Source of the DNA: an uncultured Oscillospiraceae bacterium
Lineage (GTDB): Bacteria > Bacillota > Clostridia > Oscillospirales > Oscillospiraceae
Direction: 5' to 3'
Assembly: GCA_947625285.1 (NCBI GenBank)
Contig: CANQNS010000007.1
Coordinates: 11,253 to 75,252, forward strand
Length of the DNA: 64,000 nt
Of this stretch, positions 39,148 through 47,290 are shown in pieces. Every line of letters starts with the position of its first letter. The stretch's first letter is position 1. Below the pieces are notes generated by a model. That model was not told the origin of the DNA. It made no database searches and worked only from the letters and a program-made list of their open reading frames with translations. The translations under genes were made by a program, and so were the position numbers.

Positions 39148-40227
39148 TCAACGCCGTCCGAACACCTCCGTCAAGACCTCGTCGGTCAGCTCCCCAAAGG
39201 TGGGGCCGTCCGTCTCCTGGTTCTGTCCGGGCAGGGCGTTGAATTCGATGAGGACCGGTTCGCCCTCCGGGTCCACCGCGATGTCCCAGCCGATGATCTT
39301 GAAGTGGGGCATGCGGGCGGCGTGGGCGCGGACCGCCTCCAGGGCCTTGTCGTAGCCCGGCGCCACGACGCCGGCGAAGGGCACGCCGGAGGGGGACGCG
39401 TCCACATACTCCCAGGGGCCGTTGCGGTGGGTCATGCCCAGCTCGTCCAGTCGGCCGCCCTCCCGGACCGTGCAGCGCACGCCTCCGTGGCAGGTGTTGT
39501 CCACCTCGCTGTCGATGCCGCCGACGCGCAGCACGGTGGACAGCACATAGACCTGGCCCCGGTGCAGGAAGGTCATGATGCGGAAGGTGTTGAGGCAGTT
39601 GGGGTTGAAGCTTGCCATGACCGGGTGCTGGGGCAGCTTTTCCTGGACGATGAAGTTCCGGCCGTAGCTGCGGAAAAGCTCCCGGATATCGCCGTCCGTC
39701 AGGTCGCCAGAATCGAAAAACCGCAGGCTGTTGCCGCCGCCGGAGCCCACGGAGGTCTTGAACAGGATGCGGCCCCGGTCGTGGCACAGCGCCACCGCCT
39801 GCTCCTCGGTCATGGGCGTGAGATCGTCGTCGTAAAATACGCCGGCGATGTTCTTTACCACTGTGACGGGCCGGCGCATATCGGCAAACAGGAGATTTTG
39901 GATGCACTTGTCCTGCCAGGCCTTTGCCAGAATGGTGTCGCTGTAATGGGGCAGGATGCGGCCGAACCACAGGTCGGAGGGGATATACTTGGGGCTGAAG
40001 GGCTTGTGGCTGTTGGCAAACAGCGTGAACCAGAATTTGGGCGGGGTATGGACCTTGAACTGCTTCCAGTAGGGACGGATCACCGTGCGGTATTCCCGCT
40101 CCACCTGGGGATCGGCGGGCATGGCCTTGGCGCAGGCCCGGTCGCTGCGGTAGTCCTTTTGGGCGTTGACAAGGCTCTCCGTGCGGACGTAAAAGCGGTC
40201 AAAGAGATCTCGAAGCGTTCCGCTCAT
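39148..40227 (-). CDS. TupA-like ATP-grasp family protein (sugar-associated amidoligase candidate)
   Basis: 359 aa. Motifs resemble the ATPgrasp_TupA family as I recall it (FWFTLFANSHKPFSPKYIPSDLW, NDKCIQ-like, KTSVGSGGGNSLRF, FRIMTF, IIGWDIAVDPEGEPVLIEFN). Confidence 0.7.
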   Translation of the reverse strand: MSGTLRDLFDRFYVRTESLVNAQKDYRSDRACAKAMPADPQVEREYRTVIRPYWKQFKVHTPPKFWFTLFANSHKPFSPKYIPSDLWFGRILPHYSDTILAKAWQDKCIQNLLFADMRRPVTVVKNIAGVFYDDDLTPMTEEQAVALCHDRGRILFKTSVGSGGGNSLRFFDSGDLTDGDIRELFRSYGRNFIVQEKLPQHPVMASFNPNCLNTFRIMTFLHRGQVYVLSTVLRVGGIDSEVDNTCHGGVRCTVREGGRLDELGMTHRNGPWEYVDASPSGVPFAGVVAPGYDKALEAVRAHAARMPHFKIIGWDIAVDPEGEPVLIEFNALPGQNQETDGPTFGELTDEVLTEVFGRR

Positions 40228-41174
40228 TTGTCGCTGTCCTCCTTTCCGGGGGCGTTGATGGTCCGGCGGACCTCATACTGGGGCATATTGCTGACGGTCA
40301 TATAGATGCGGCCGATATACTCCCCGCACAGGCCCAGCAGCATCATGATGACGCCGCCGATGCCCAGCTGCAGGGCGATGGAGGTGGTGAAGCCCGCGGC
40401 GATAGAGGGGTTGATGAGCTTGCGGATGACTACCACCGCCGCGGAGAGAAAGCCCACGGCGGCAAAGAGCGTGCCCACGAACACGGCGGCCCGCAGGGGT
40501 ACGGTGGAGAAGTTGGTGAAGCCGGTGATCCAAAGGGCCATCATCTTGCCGAAGGTGTAGTTGGAGTGGCCCGCGAACCGGGACCGATGCTCCATGTCCA
40601 CATTGGCGTAACGCCGGACCACATGGGTCAGATAGCCTCCCATGGAGGGGAAGGGGCTGGTGTATTTTTTCAGAGCCTCCACCGCGATCCGGTCCATGGC
40701 GAAGTAGCTGGAGATGAAGATGCCCCGGGGCTTGGTGCCGTTCAGCTCCAGGATGCGGCTGTTGAGCCAGCTTCCGAACCGCTTGAAGGCGTTGTGGTGC
40801 TTGTGGGGGAACCGGGCGTAGACCAGATCGTATCCCTCCTGGACCTTCTCCACCAGGCGGAAGATCTGGTCCGCCGGGTGCTGGCCGTCGTCGTCCATGA
40901 ACACCAGCACCTCGCCCTCCACAAAGGGAAGCGCGGCCATCTTGGCGGTGGTGGAGCCGAAGTTGCGGGTCAGCTCCACGCCCACGATCTTCGGGTCGCC
41001 GCGGCAGATCTCCGCGATCTTGTCGGAGGTGGCGTCCCCCGGCGAGTCGTTCACCAGTATGATCTGATAATCGTATTCCGGCCGCCCGGCGAACACCTGG
41101 CGCAGCTCGTCCACCACGAAGTCCAGGGTGTCGGCGGAATGGAAACAGGGAATGGCAACGGATACTGTGGTCAT
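40224..41174 (-). CDS. GtrB/ArnC/DPM1-like GT2 polyprenyl-phosphate sugar synthase
   Basis: VSVAIPCFHSADTL, ILVNDSPGD, FMDDDGQHP, and two C-terminal TM helices (AAVFVGTLFAAVGFL, IALQLGIGGVIMMLLGLCGEYIGR). ATGA overlap with the downstream ATP-grasp gene. Confidence 0.85.
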   Translation of the reverse strand: MTTVSVAIPCFHSADTLDFVVDELRQVFAGRPEYDYQIILVNDSPGDATSDKIAEICRGDPKIVGVELTRNFGSTTAKMAALPFVEGEVLVFMDDDGQHPADQIFRLVEKVQEGYDLVYARFPHKHHNAFKRFGSWLNSRILELNGTKPRGIFISSYFAMDRIAVEALKKYTSPFPSMGGYLTHVVRRYANVDMEHRSRFAGHSNYTFGKMMALWITGFTNFSTVPLRAAVFVGTLFAAVGFLSAAVVVIRKLINPSIAAGFTTSIALQLGIGGVIMMLLGLCGEYIGRIYMTVSNMPQYEVRRTINAPGKEDSDK

Positions 41175-41202
41175 ATTCCCACACCTCCTGATCGGCATTG
41201 GA

Positions 41203-42390
41203 TCATTCTATCTCGATAATGAACTGTTTTTTGATCTCCTCGATGCGCCGGAAGCAGGCCTCCGGCGTGGGCCCCTTGACGATGATCTGGCCCAGGCGGT
41301 CCTTGGCGTTGGTGAACTTCTCCACCCGGTCGCCCTCTTTCACGATCACGGACAGGTCGTAAACGCTCTCGTCCCGGACCACGTTGTCGGTGATGCGCTT
41401 GACCGTGCCGGACTTTTCCGACAGCATCATCCGGGAGGCGTTGGCAACATGGCCGTCCTCCCGCCGGGCGAAGATGGCCTCCGGGTCGTCCCCCACGGCC
41501 ATGGCCGCGATCATCTCATAGTAATCAAGGCCGTAGTAGATGCTCACCAGCTCCGGCAGGCAGGTGGCTCCCGCCCGGCCGGTCAGCTCGATCACATAGA
41601 CCTTTCCGTCCTTTTCGATCAGGTCCACGTTCACCGCGCAGTTGTCCAGCCCCAGGGCCCCGATAGCCAGTCGGACCTGCTTTTCGGCGGCGGCCAGCAC
41701 AGCCGCCGGCGCGTCGATGGGCACATAGTGGCCGATGGGAACCGCCGTGCCGCTCATGTAGGTGTTGTCCCCGTGGGGCAGCACGAACAGGACCCTGCCC
41801 CGGTAAACGAAGGCCTGGGCCCCCAGCTCCGTGCCAACGATGTACTCCTCCACGATGCAGTGGTCCTTTTTGGTGGCGGCCATGACCTTTTCCATGTTGG
41901 CGAAGGCGTCCTCCGCCGTGGGGCAGATATAGATGCCCTTGCTGCCCTGCAGGTCCACGGCCTTCAATATCACCGGCAGCTCCAGGTCCCGCAGCGCTTC
42001 CGCCAGGGAGCCGCGATCCGTGACCTTTTTGAACCGGGCCGTGTTCACCCCGGCGGCCATAAAGGCGTTTTTCATGCTCCACTTGTCCGCGGAGCGGATG
42101 GCGGCGGCCTCGCTGAGACCGGGCAGGCCCAGCTTCTCGCAGGCGTAGCCCAGCGCCCGCACGCCGGTGTCCAGGCAGCAGGTGGCGATGCCGTCCACAT
42201 GAGCCCGCTTTGCCGCCTCCAGCACCGCCTCCGGGTCGGAGATGTCGGCATAGGCCGCCTCGTCCGCGGCGGCGAAGCCGGGATAGCTGCCGGGTATGGA
42301 ACAGACCACGGTCCTGTAGCCCAGGCCCCTGGCGGCCCGGATGAGCTGTACCTGGGGCGCGCTGGCGCCCAGGACCATGAGAGTTTTCAT
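41203..42390 (-). CDS. ATP-grasp domain protein (carboxylate-amine ligase type)
   Basis: A pre-ATP-grasp N-domain (MKTLMVLGASAPQVQLIRAAR), KWSMKNAF, PVILKAVDLQGSKGIYI, and IVEEYIVGTE. Confidence 0.8.
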   Translation of the reverse strand: MKTLMVLGASAPQVQLIRAARGLGYRTVVCSIPGSYPGFAAADEAAYADISDPEAVLEAAKRAHVDGIATCCLDTGVRALGYACEKLGLPGLSEAAAIRSADKWSMKNAFMAAGVNTARFKKVTDRGSLAEALRDLELPVILKAVDLQGSKGIYICPTAEDAFANMEKVMAATKKDHCIVEEYIVGTELGAQAFVYRGRVLFVLPHGDNTYMSGTAVPIGHYVPIDAPAAVLAAAEKQVRLAIGALGLDNCAVNVDLIEKDGKVYVIELTGRAGATCLPELVSIYYGLDYYEMIAAMAVGDDPEAIFARREDGHVANASRMMLSEKSGTVKRITDNVVRDESVYDLSVIVKEGDRVEKFTNAKDRLGQIIVKGPTPEACFRRIEEIKKQFIIEIE

Positions 42391-42418
42391 CGTTATACCT
42401 CCTTGTGTCGGCGGCGGG

Positions 42419-43114
42419 TCAGGAAAAGCACTTCATATATTTTGGCGCGTCCGGCCCGGTCATGAAAAGCAGGTCCAGAATGCTCACGTTGTGGGTGAAA
42501 TCCCCGTGCATCTGGGGGTATTCCGGATAGCCGCCGTAGTCCATGTAGGCAAGCTCCACCCCGGCGTCCGCGAACACCTGATCCACGATATAGTCTTTGG
42601 CGGCGGGGCCGGACAGGTAATAGTCCCCGCCGGCGGCCTTCACCAGCGCGGCCAGCCGCTCCGTCTTGCCTTCCGCCAGGACGTAGTCGCTGGACCAGGT
42701 GATCCGGGTGGCGATACCAAGCTGGGCGCATATCTCCGTCAGGAAGAGATGGTTTATCTGGCTGAGCATCTGCATCTGGCCCGCCCGCTCATAAAGGGAG
42801 GCCAGCAGGGGCTCGTACCGCTTGAAATAGGGGGCCTTGGCGTAGCTGAAGCGGATGGCCTTCCAGTGGTCCGCCGCCCACCGGCCGTCGGTCACTTTCG
42901 TTTCGTTGATCTTCTGGTGGAACTTCCCCTTGCTGTCCACGGGGATGGTGAGCCACTGCAGGCCGTTGGCGGTCTTGATCTGGTTGCGGTTGCGCCAGTC
43001 CCGGCGGGTGTACTGCATATCGTCGTAGAGGATGAACTCGTCCACCAGGCCGATGATGTCAAAATAGCCCTTCCAGGGGATGTAATTGGATTGCAGGATA
43101 GCGATCTTTTTCAC
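42419..43114 (-). CDS. WbqC family protein
   Basis: MKKIAILQSNYIPWKGYFDIIGLVDEFILYDDMQYTRRDWRNRNQIK is a characteristic WbqC-like N-terminus. Confidence 0.75.
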   Translation of the reverse strand: MKKIAILQSNYIPWKGYFDIIGLVDEFILYDDMQYTRRDWRNRNQIKTANGLQWLTIPVDSKGKFHQKINETKVTDGRWAADHWKAIRFSYAKAPYFKRYEPLLASLYERAGQMQMLSQINHLFLTEICAQLGIATRITWSSDYVLAEGKTERLAALVKAAGGDYYLSGPAAKDYIVDQVFADAGVELAYMDYGGYPEYPQMHGDFTHNVSILDLLFMTGPDAPKYMKCFS

Positions 43115-43151
43115 AGATACACACTTCCTTTAAGCGTTCTCCATGCGCCGC

Positions 43152-44735
43152 CTAAGCGCGGGCTTGTTTTTTCATGACGAGGAAACTCTCGTCCTCGTAT
43201 ATGACCTTGTAGCCGGCGGCGGCGAGATCCTGCACGGTCCCTTCCCGGGAGGCCGCGTCGTCGTAATTGCCGCCCAGTATCGCGTACCGGGCCTGCTGGC
43301 CGGCGGGATCGGACATGGCGGTATTGATGCCAACGCCGTAAGGAAGACAGTAGTATTGCTCGGTGGTGAAGCCATAGGGGACGACGGTGTTGGCCCAGGG
43401 GTCCGCCGCGTCCTCATCCAGCACGATCGCCTCCGCCAAAGCGTCCCGCTCGGCGGCCCAGGCCGCCTCCTGCCGGTCGGAGGAAAAGCGGCCGGCGGTG
43501 GCAAAAGAGTTCGTGAAGACCGTCAGGAAAAGGACGGCTCCCGCCAGGCAGGCGGCCGCCATGACCTGCCAGGGTCGATTCTGGCCCCGGGGCGCCATGG
43601 CCGCCAGGAGCATCGCGCTGCATATGGCTACGCTGTAATGGCGCATGAACGACCAGGTGTTGGTGTCGTACAACAGCAGCAGCCCGCCCCAGCAGGACGC
43701 CAGGATGTACAGGCACAGCAGATCCAGCGGCCGCGTCCCATCCCACCGGCGGGCCCTGGCGGCGGCGATGACGCGCCAGCACAGGACGATCATGGCCGCG
43801 TACATAAGGGAGCAAAACCAGAACTGGACGGTGATGGATTGATCCCCGCCCATCTTCGACAGCAGCGTCAGCAGATCCACATCCTTCAGCCGCTTCAAAA
43901 AGGCGAAGAAGCCGGACATGATCTTCATCCGCAGGTCGGTGGGCACGAACTTGGCCCCCTGATCGGGCAGATAGGGCGCGCAGGTGAGGTCCCGCGCCAT
44001 CTTCAGCAGAAGCAGCGCGCCGGCGGAGCCGGCCGCCGTCACCGGCAGCCGCCGGCGAAGTGGCTGCTTGCGCAGCATGAGGAACAGATAGACCGGGATA
44101 TACAGCCCCAGCACCAGATCGAAACAGGTGGCGAAGGCCAGAAACAGCGGAGCCGCCGTCACCCGCAGGATAAACTGCCTCCGGGTGGGCTCTGGCACGG
44201 TCAGGATGCGGTACATGATCCCCGCCAGTATGACGGACATGGCGCAGCGGACCGCCTCGCTCATAGCGGTGACGGAATAGCAGATGGTGACGTACTGCAT
44301 CATATTGGTGACCGCCAGCAGCACAAGACCGCGCTTGGAGGGGCGGGCCAGCAGGATGAAGACCAGATTGGCCAGAGCCAGATAGAAAAAGTTGCAGTAT
44401 ACGAACGTGTGCAGGCCCCAGCCGAACAGCCGGGCCAGCAGACCCACAGGAAGCATCGCGTACATCCCCCAGCAGGCGAAAGTCCCCACCGGGGCATGGG
44501 TGCCGATAAAGCCGAAATAGCCCAGGGGCCGGCCATACTCGCTCATGGCGCCATATTGCAGATGCCACCAGATCTCGTCGCTCCACAGCGGCAGAGCCCG
44601 GAACAGATCGAAGCCCTCCAGGGCGGTGAGGATCCAGGCTGTCAGCAGGGGCGACGATACGACCAGCGCGGCCAGTCCCAGCCGGCAGATTTTCTCAGCG
44701 GGGGGGGGTACTGTCAAGGAAGAGCCCTTATTCAT
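43152..44735 (-). CDS. Uncharacterised polytopic membrane protein (possible GT-C glycosyltransferase or polymerase)
   Basis: 527 aa with more than 10 hydrophobic segments. There is an acidic first-loop motif (LWSDEIWW) and a soluble C-terminal ~140 aa. I did not recognise a family. Confidence 0.65.
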   Translation of the reverse strand: MNKGSSLTVPPPAEKICRLGLAALVVSSPLLTAWILTALEGFDLFRALPLWSDEIWWHLQYGAMSEYGRPLGYFGFIGTHAPVGTFACWGMYAMLPVGLLARLFGWGLHTFVYCNFFYLALANLVFILLARPSKRGLVLLAVTNMMQYVTICYSVTAMSEAVRCAMSVILAGIMYRILTVPEPTRRQFILRVTAAPLFLAFATCFDLVLGLYIPVYLFLMLRKQPLRRRLPVTAAGSAGALLLLKMARDLTCAPYLPDQGAKFVPTDLRMKIMSGFFAFLKRLKDVDLLTLLSKMGGDQSITVQFWFCSLMYAAMIVLCWRVIAAARARRWDGTRPLDLLCLYILASCWGGLLLLYDTNTWSFMRHYSVAICSAMLLAAMAPRGQNRPWQVMAAACLAGAVLFLTVFTNSFATAGRFSSDRQEAAWAAERDALAEAIVLDEDAADPWANTVVPYGFTTEQYYCLPYGVGINTAMSDPAGQQARYAILGGNYDDAASREGTVQDLAAAGYKVIYEDESFLVMKKQARA

Positions 44736-44761
44736 AGGAGGTACCTGCTTTCACGCGTTTT

Positions 44762-46102
44762 TCAAAAGTAGTATTCGCCGGTGCGGAGGATGGCGGCCAG
44801 ATAGGCCGCGCCGCAGGCCAGGTGCAGCGCCAGCAGCGCCGCGCCGCCCCAGCGGGCCAGCCGGTACTGGCCGCGCCGGCCCCACAGGGAGGCGTACTGC
44901 CCCGCCGCCGCCGACCACAGCAGCCAGCAGCCCAGATACTGCCCCCAGGTGAAATTCCCGTGCCAGGAGCGTTCCCCTGTCTCGTGCAGGAACATGGCCC
45001 CCAGCAGCCCGGAAAGCGCGCACACCAGCCCCAGCCGGAAGCCGGCGTCCCGCCAGGCCCGCCGGGGCGCGGCGGCCAGCAGAAACAGGGGGAACGCGCA
45101 GGGCAGTGCCAGCATTTTCATGTCGTGGAAGATGGTCCGCAGAAAAGGGCCGAACCCGGTCCAGCCGTCCGCCAGGTAGTAGATGCTGATGCCGGCCCCG
45201 GGGCTGTGCGGCGTCACCGGCGCGGCCTCGGCGGCCAGGGCCGTCACCCCCAGGCTGAAGCCATTGCCGAAAAGGGACCCCACCTGCTGCAGCAGGACCC
45301 ATACGGCCGGCAGGAACGCTGCCGCCATCTTCACGCAGAAGGGCAGCAGCATCCCCCTGGTGCGGATCAGATCGGCCAGCAGAAACAGGAATATGGCCGG
45401 GCCGAATATCTGCAAAAACGAGGGCTTTGCGTAGGCCGACAACACCAGGCACAGCGGGTACAGGACAAGCTGGCTCCGGGTGAACACAGGCGTCTCGAAC
45501 TGGGCCCAGAAGCCGCCGGGAAAGGCGAAAGCGGGACTTTCCCCCTCCTCCGGGCACAGGGGCAGCCGGCGGGGGACGCCCCGGCGGCGGTCATAGATAT
45601 CCGCCGTCATGAACAGCACAGCCGCGGCGAAGGGCCGCACCATGATGCTGGTGGGGTTGTGCCAGGGGTTCACCGCGCCCCGGCCCACATAGTACGGGCC
45701 GCCCGGCAGGGTGAGGCTGCTCACCGTAAAGACGCACAGTACGACGGCGGCCAGCAACCAGCGGGGCGTCTTTTCCGGCGCCCGCCGGTCCAAGCATCCG
45801 TATACGACGAGATACGCCGCGGCATTGGCCCCCGCCGTCGCCAGCGCGGCGGCTCGCCAGATGTTCCTCACGCCGGCCGACGCCGTCAGCCACACGAAGA
45901 TGTGCCACAATATCTCTTTGCCCTGGCGGATGCCTTCCAGGATGATCGGCCAGGACAGCCCCATGGCCCAGGAAAGGTGGTCGATGTAATCACTGTCGCC
46001 GGAGCGGAAGTTGAAAACGACCCGATACGTCAGGCAAAACAGCGCACCCGCGCCCAGCAGGGCCCACGCGGCTTTCGTCAGGCGGGCGGAACGGTCCGTC
46101 AT
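44762..46102 (-). CDS. Uncharacterised polytopic membrane protein (possible GT-C/Wzy-like)
   Basis: 446 aa. The start ATG at 46102 overlaps the wecE-like stop (ATGA). The first loop reads SGDSDYIDH. The upstream 339 codons of the track ORF are an out-of-frame overlap with wecE. Confidence 0.65.
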   Translation of the reverse strand: MTDRSARLTKAAWALLGAGALFCLTYRVVFNFRSGDSDYIDHLSWAMGLSWPIILEGIRQGKEILWHIFVWLTASAGVRNIWRAAALATAGANAAAYLVVYGCLDRRAPEKTPRWLLAAVVLCVFTVSSLTLPGGPYYVGRGAVNPWHNPTSIMVRPFAAAVLFMTADIYDRRRGVPRRLPLCPEEGESPAFAFPGGFWAQFETPVFTRSQLVLYPLCLVLSAYAKPSFLQIFGPAIFLFLLADLIRTRGMLLPFCVKMAAAFLPAVWVLLQQVGSLFGNGFSLGVTALAAEAAPVTPHSPGAGISIYYLADGWTGFGPFLRTIFHDMKMLALPCAFPLFLLAAAPRRAWRDAGFRLGLVCALSGLLGAMFLHETGERSWHGNFTWGQYLGCWLLWSAAAGQYASLWGRRGQYRLARWGGAALLALHLACGAAYLAAILRTGEYYF

Positions 46103-47232
46103 GAGCGGGCCCTCGCGTAGAAGGCCGCCACGGCGTTGGCGGCGGTCTCCACCTCCGCGTCCGTCAGGCCGTAATACATGGGCAGCCGCAGCAGCCGCTG
46201 GCTCTCCCGGGTGGTATATTTGTCCTCCCCGTGGAACCGGCCGAAGCGCAGCCCCGCCGCGGCGGAGTGCAGCGGCACATAGTGGAACACGCTGCCCACC
46301 CCGTGGGCCTTCAGCCAGGCGATCAGCTCCGTGCGCTCGTCCAGGTCTCTGGCCTTGATGTAGAACATATGGGCGTTGTGGACGCAGCCGTCCGGGATAA
46401 CGGGCAGCTCGATCCGTCCCGCCTCCGCCAGCGGCGTCAGCATCTGCCGGTAGAGGTCCCAGCAGTGGAGCCGGGCGGCGTTGATCTGTTCCGCCATCTC
46501 CAGCTGGGCGTAGAGGTAAGCGGCGTTCAGCTCGCTGGGCAGGTAGCTGGAGCCCAGGTCCTCCCAGGTATACTTGTCCACCTGGCCCCGGAGGAACCGG
46601 GCCCGGTTGGTGCCCTTCTCCCGGATGACCTCGGCCCGGGGGTCGTCGGTCCGCAGCAGGATGGCCCCGCCCTCGCCCATGGAGTAATTCTTCGACTCGT
46701 GGAAGCTGTAACAGCCGTAATCCCCGATGGCCCCCAGGGCCTTGCCCTTGTACGAGGCCATGACGCCCTGGGCCGCGTCCTCCACCACCTTCAGGCCGTG
46801 GCGGCGGGCCATGGGCAAAATGGCGTCCATCTCGCAGGCCACCCCGGCGTAGTGCATGACGCAGATGACCTTCGTCTTTGGGGTGATGGCCTCCTCGATG
46901 CGGTTTTCGTCGATGTTCATGGTATCCGGCCGGATGTCCACGAACACCGGCACCGCCCCGGCCAGCACGAAGGCGTTGGCGGTGGAGGAGAAGGTGTACG
47001 AGGGCATGATGACCTCGTCCCCCGGCTCCAGGGCGCACAGCAGCGCGGCCATGTCCAGCGCGTGGGAGCCGCTGGTAGTCAGCAGGGCCCGGGCCGCGCC
47101 GGTGCGCTGGACCAGCCATTCATGGCACTTTTTCGTAAAGGCCCCGTCGCCGCATATCTTGTGGGAGTGGATGGCCTGCAGGACGTACTCGTCCTCCTTG
47201 CCGCAATAGGGTGGCACGTTGAAAGGGATCAT
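46099..47232 (-). CDS. wecE: dTDP-4-amino-4,6-dideoxygalactose transaminase (WecE/DegT family, PLP-dependent)
   Basis: Collinear with E. coli WecE as I recall it (MIPFNVPPY.., EVIMPSYTFSSTANAFVL, VMHYAGVACEMD, SFHESKNY with the PLP lysine, REKGTNRARFLRGQVDKYTW, NAHMFYIK, RLLRLPMYYGL). Confidence 0.88.
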   Translation of the reverse strand: MIPFNVPPYCGKEDEYVLQAIHSHKICGDGAFTKKCHEWLVQRTGAARALLTTSGSHALDMAALLCALEPGDEVIMPSYTFSSTANAFVLAGAVPVFVDIRPDTMNIDENRIEEAITPKTKVICVMHYAGVACEMDAILPMARRHGLKVVEDAAQGVMASYKGKALGAIGDYGCYSFHESKNYSMGEGGAILLRTDDPRAEVIREKGTNRARFLRGQVDKYTWEDLGSSYLPSELNAAYLYAQLEMAEQINAARLHCWDLYRQMLTPLAEAGRIELPVIPDGCVHNAHMFYIKARDLDERTELIAWLKAHGVGSVFHYVPLHSAAAGLRFGRFHGEDKYTTRESQRLLRLPMYYGLTDAEVETAANAVAAFYARARS

Positions 47233-47290
47233 AGAGGGTTCCTCCCGAAAGCACGTTTCTCTTTAGTCGGTGAAAATGGGGCGGCGTCCG

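Noticed and set aside
46103-47119. N-terminal 339 codons of the 785-aa ORF 44762-47119
   Set aside because: This part overlaps the strongly supported wecE-like gene out of frame and is R/G/P-rich. The real membrane protein starts at the ATG at 46102, overlapping the wecE stop.
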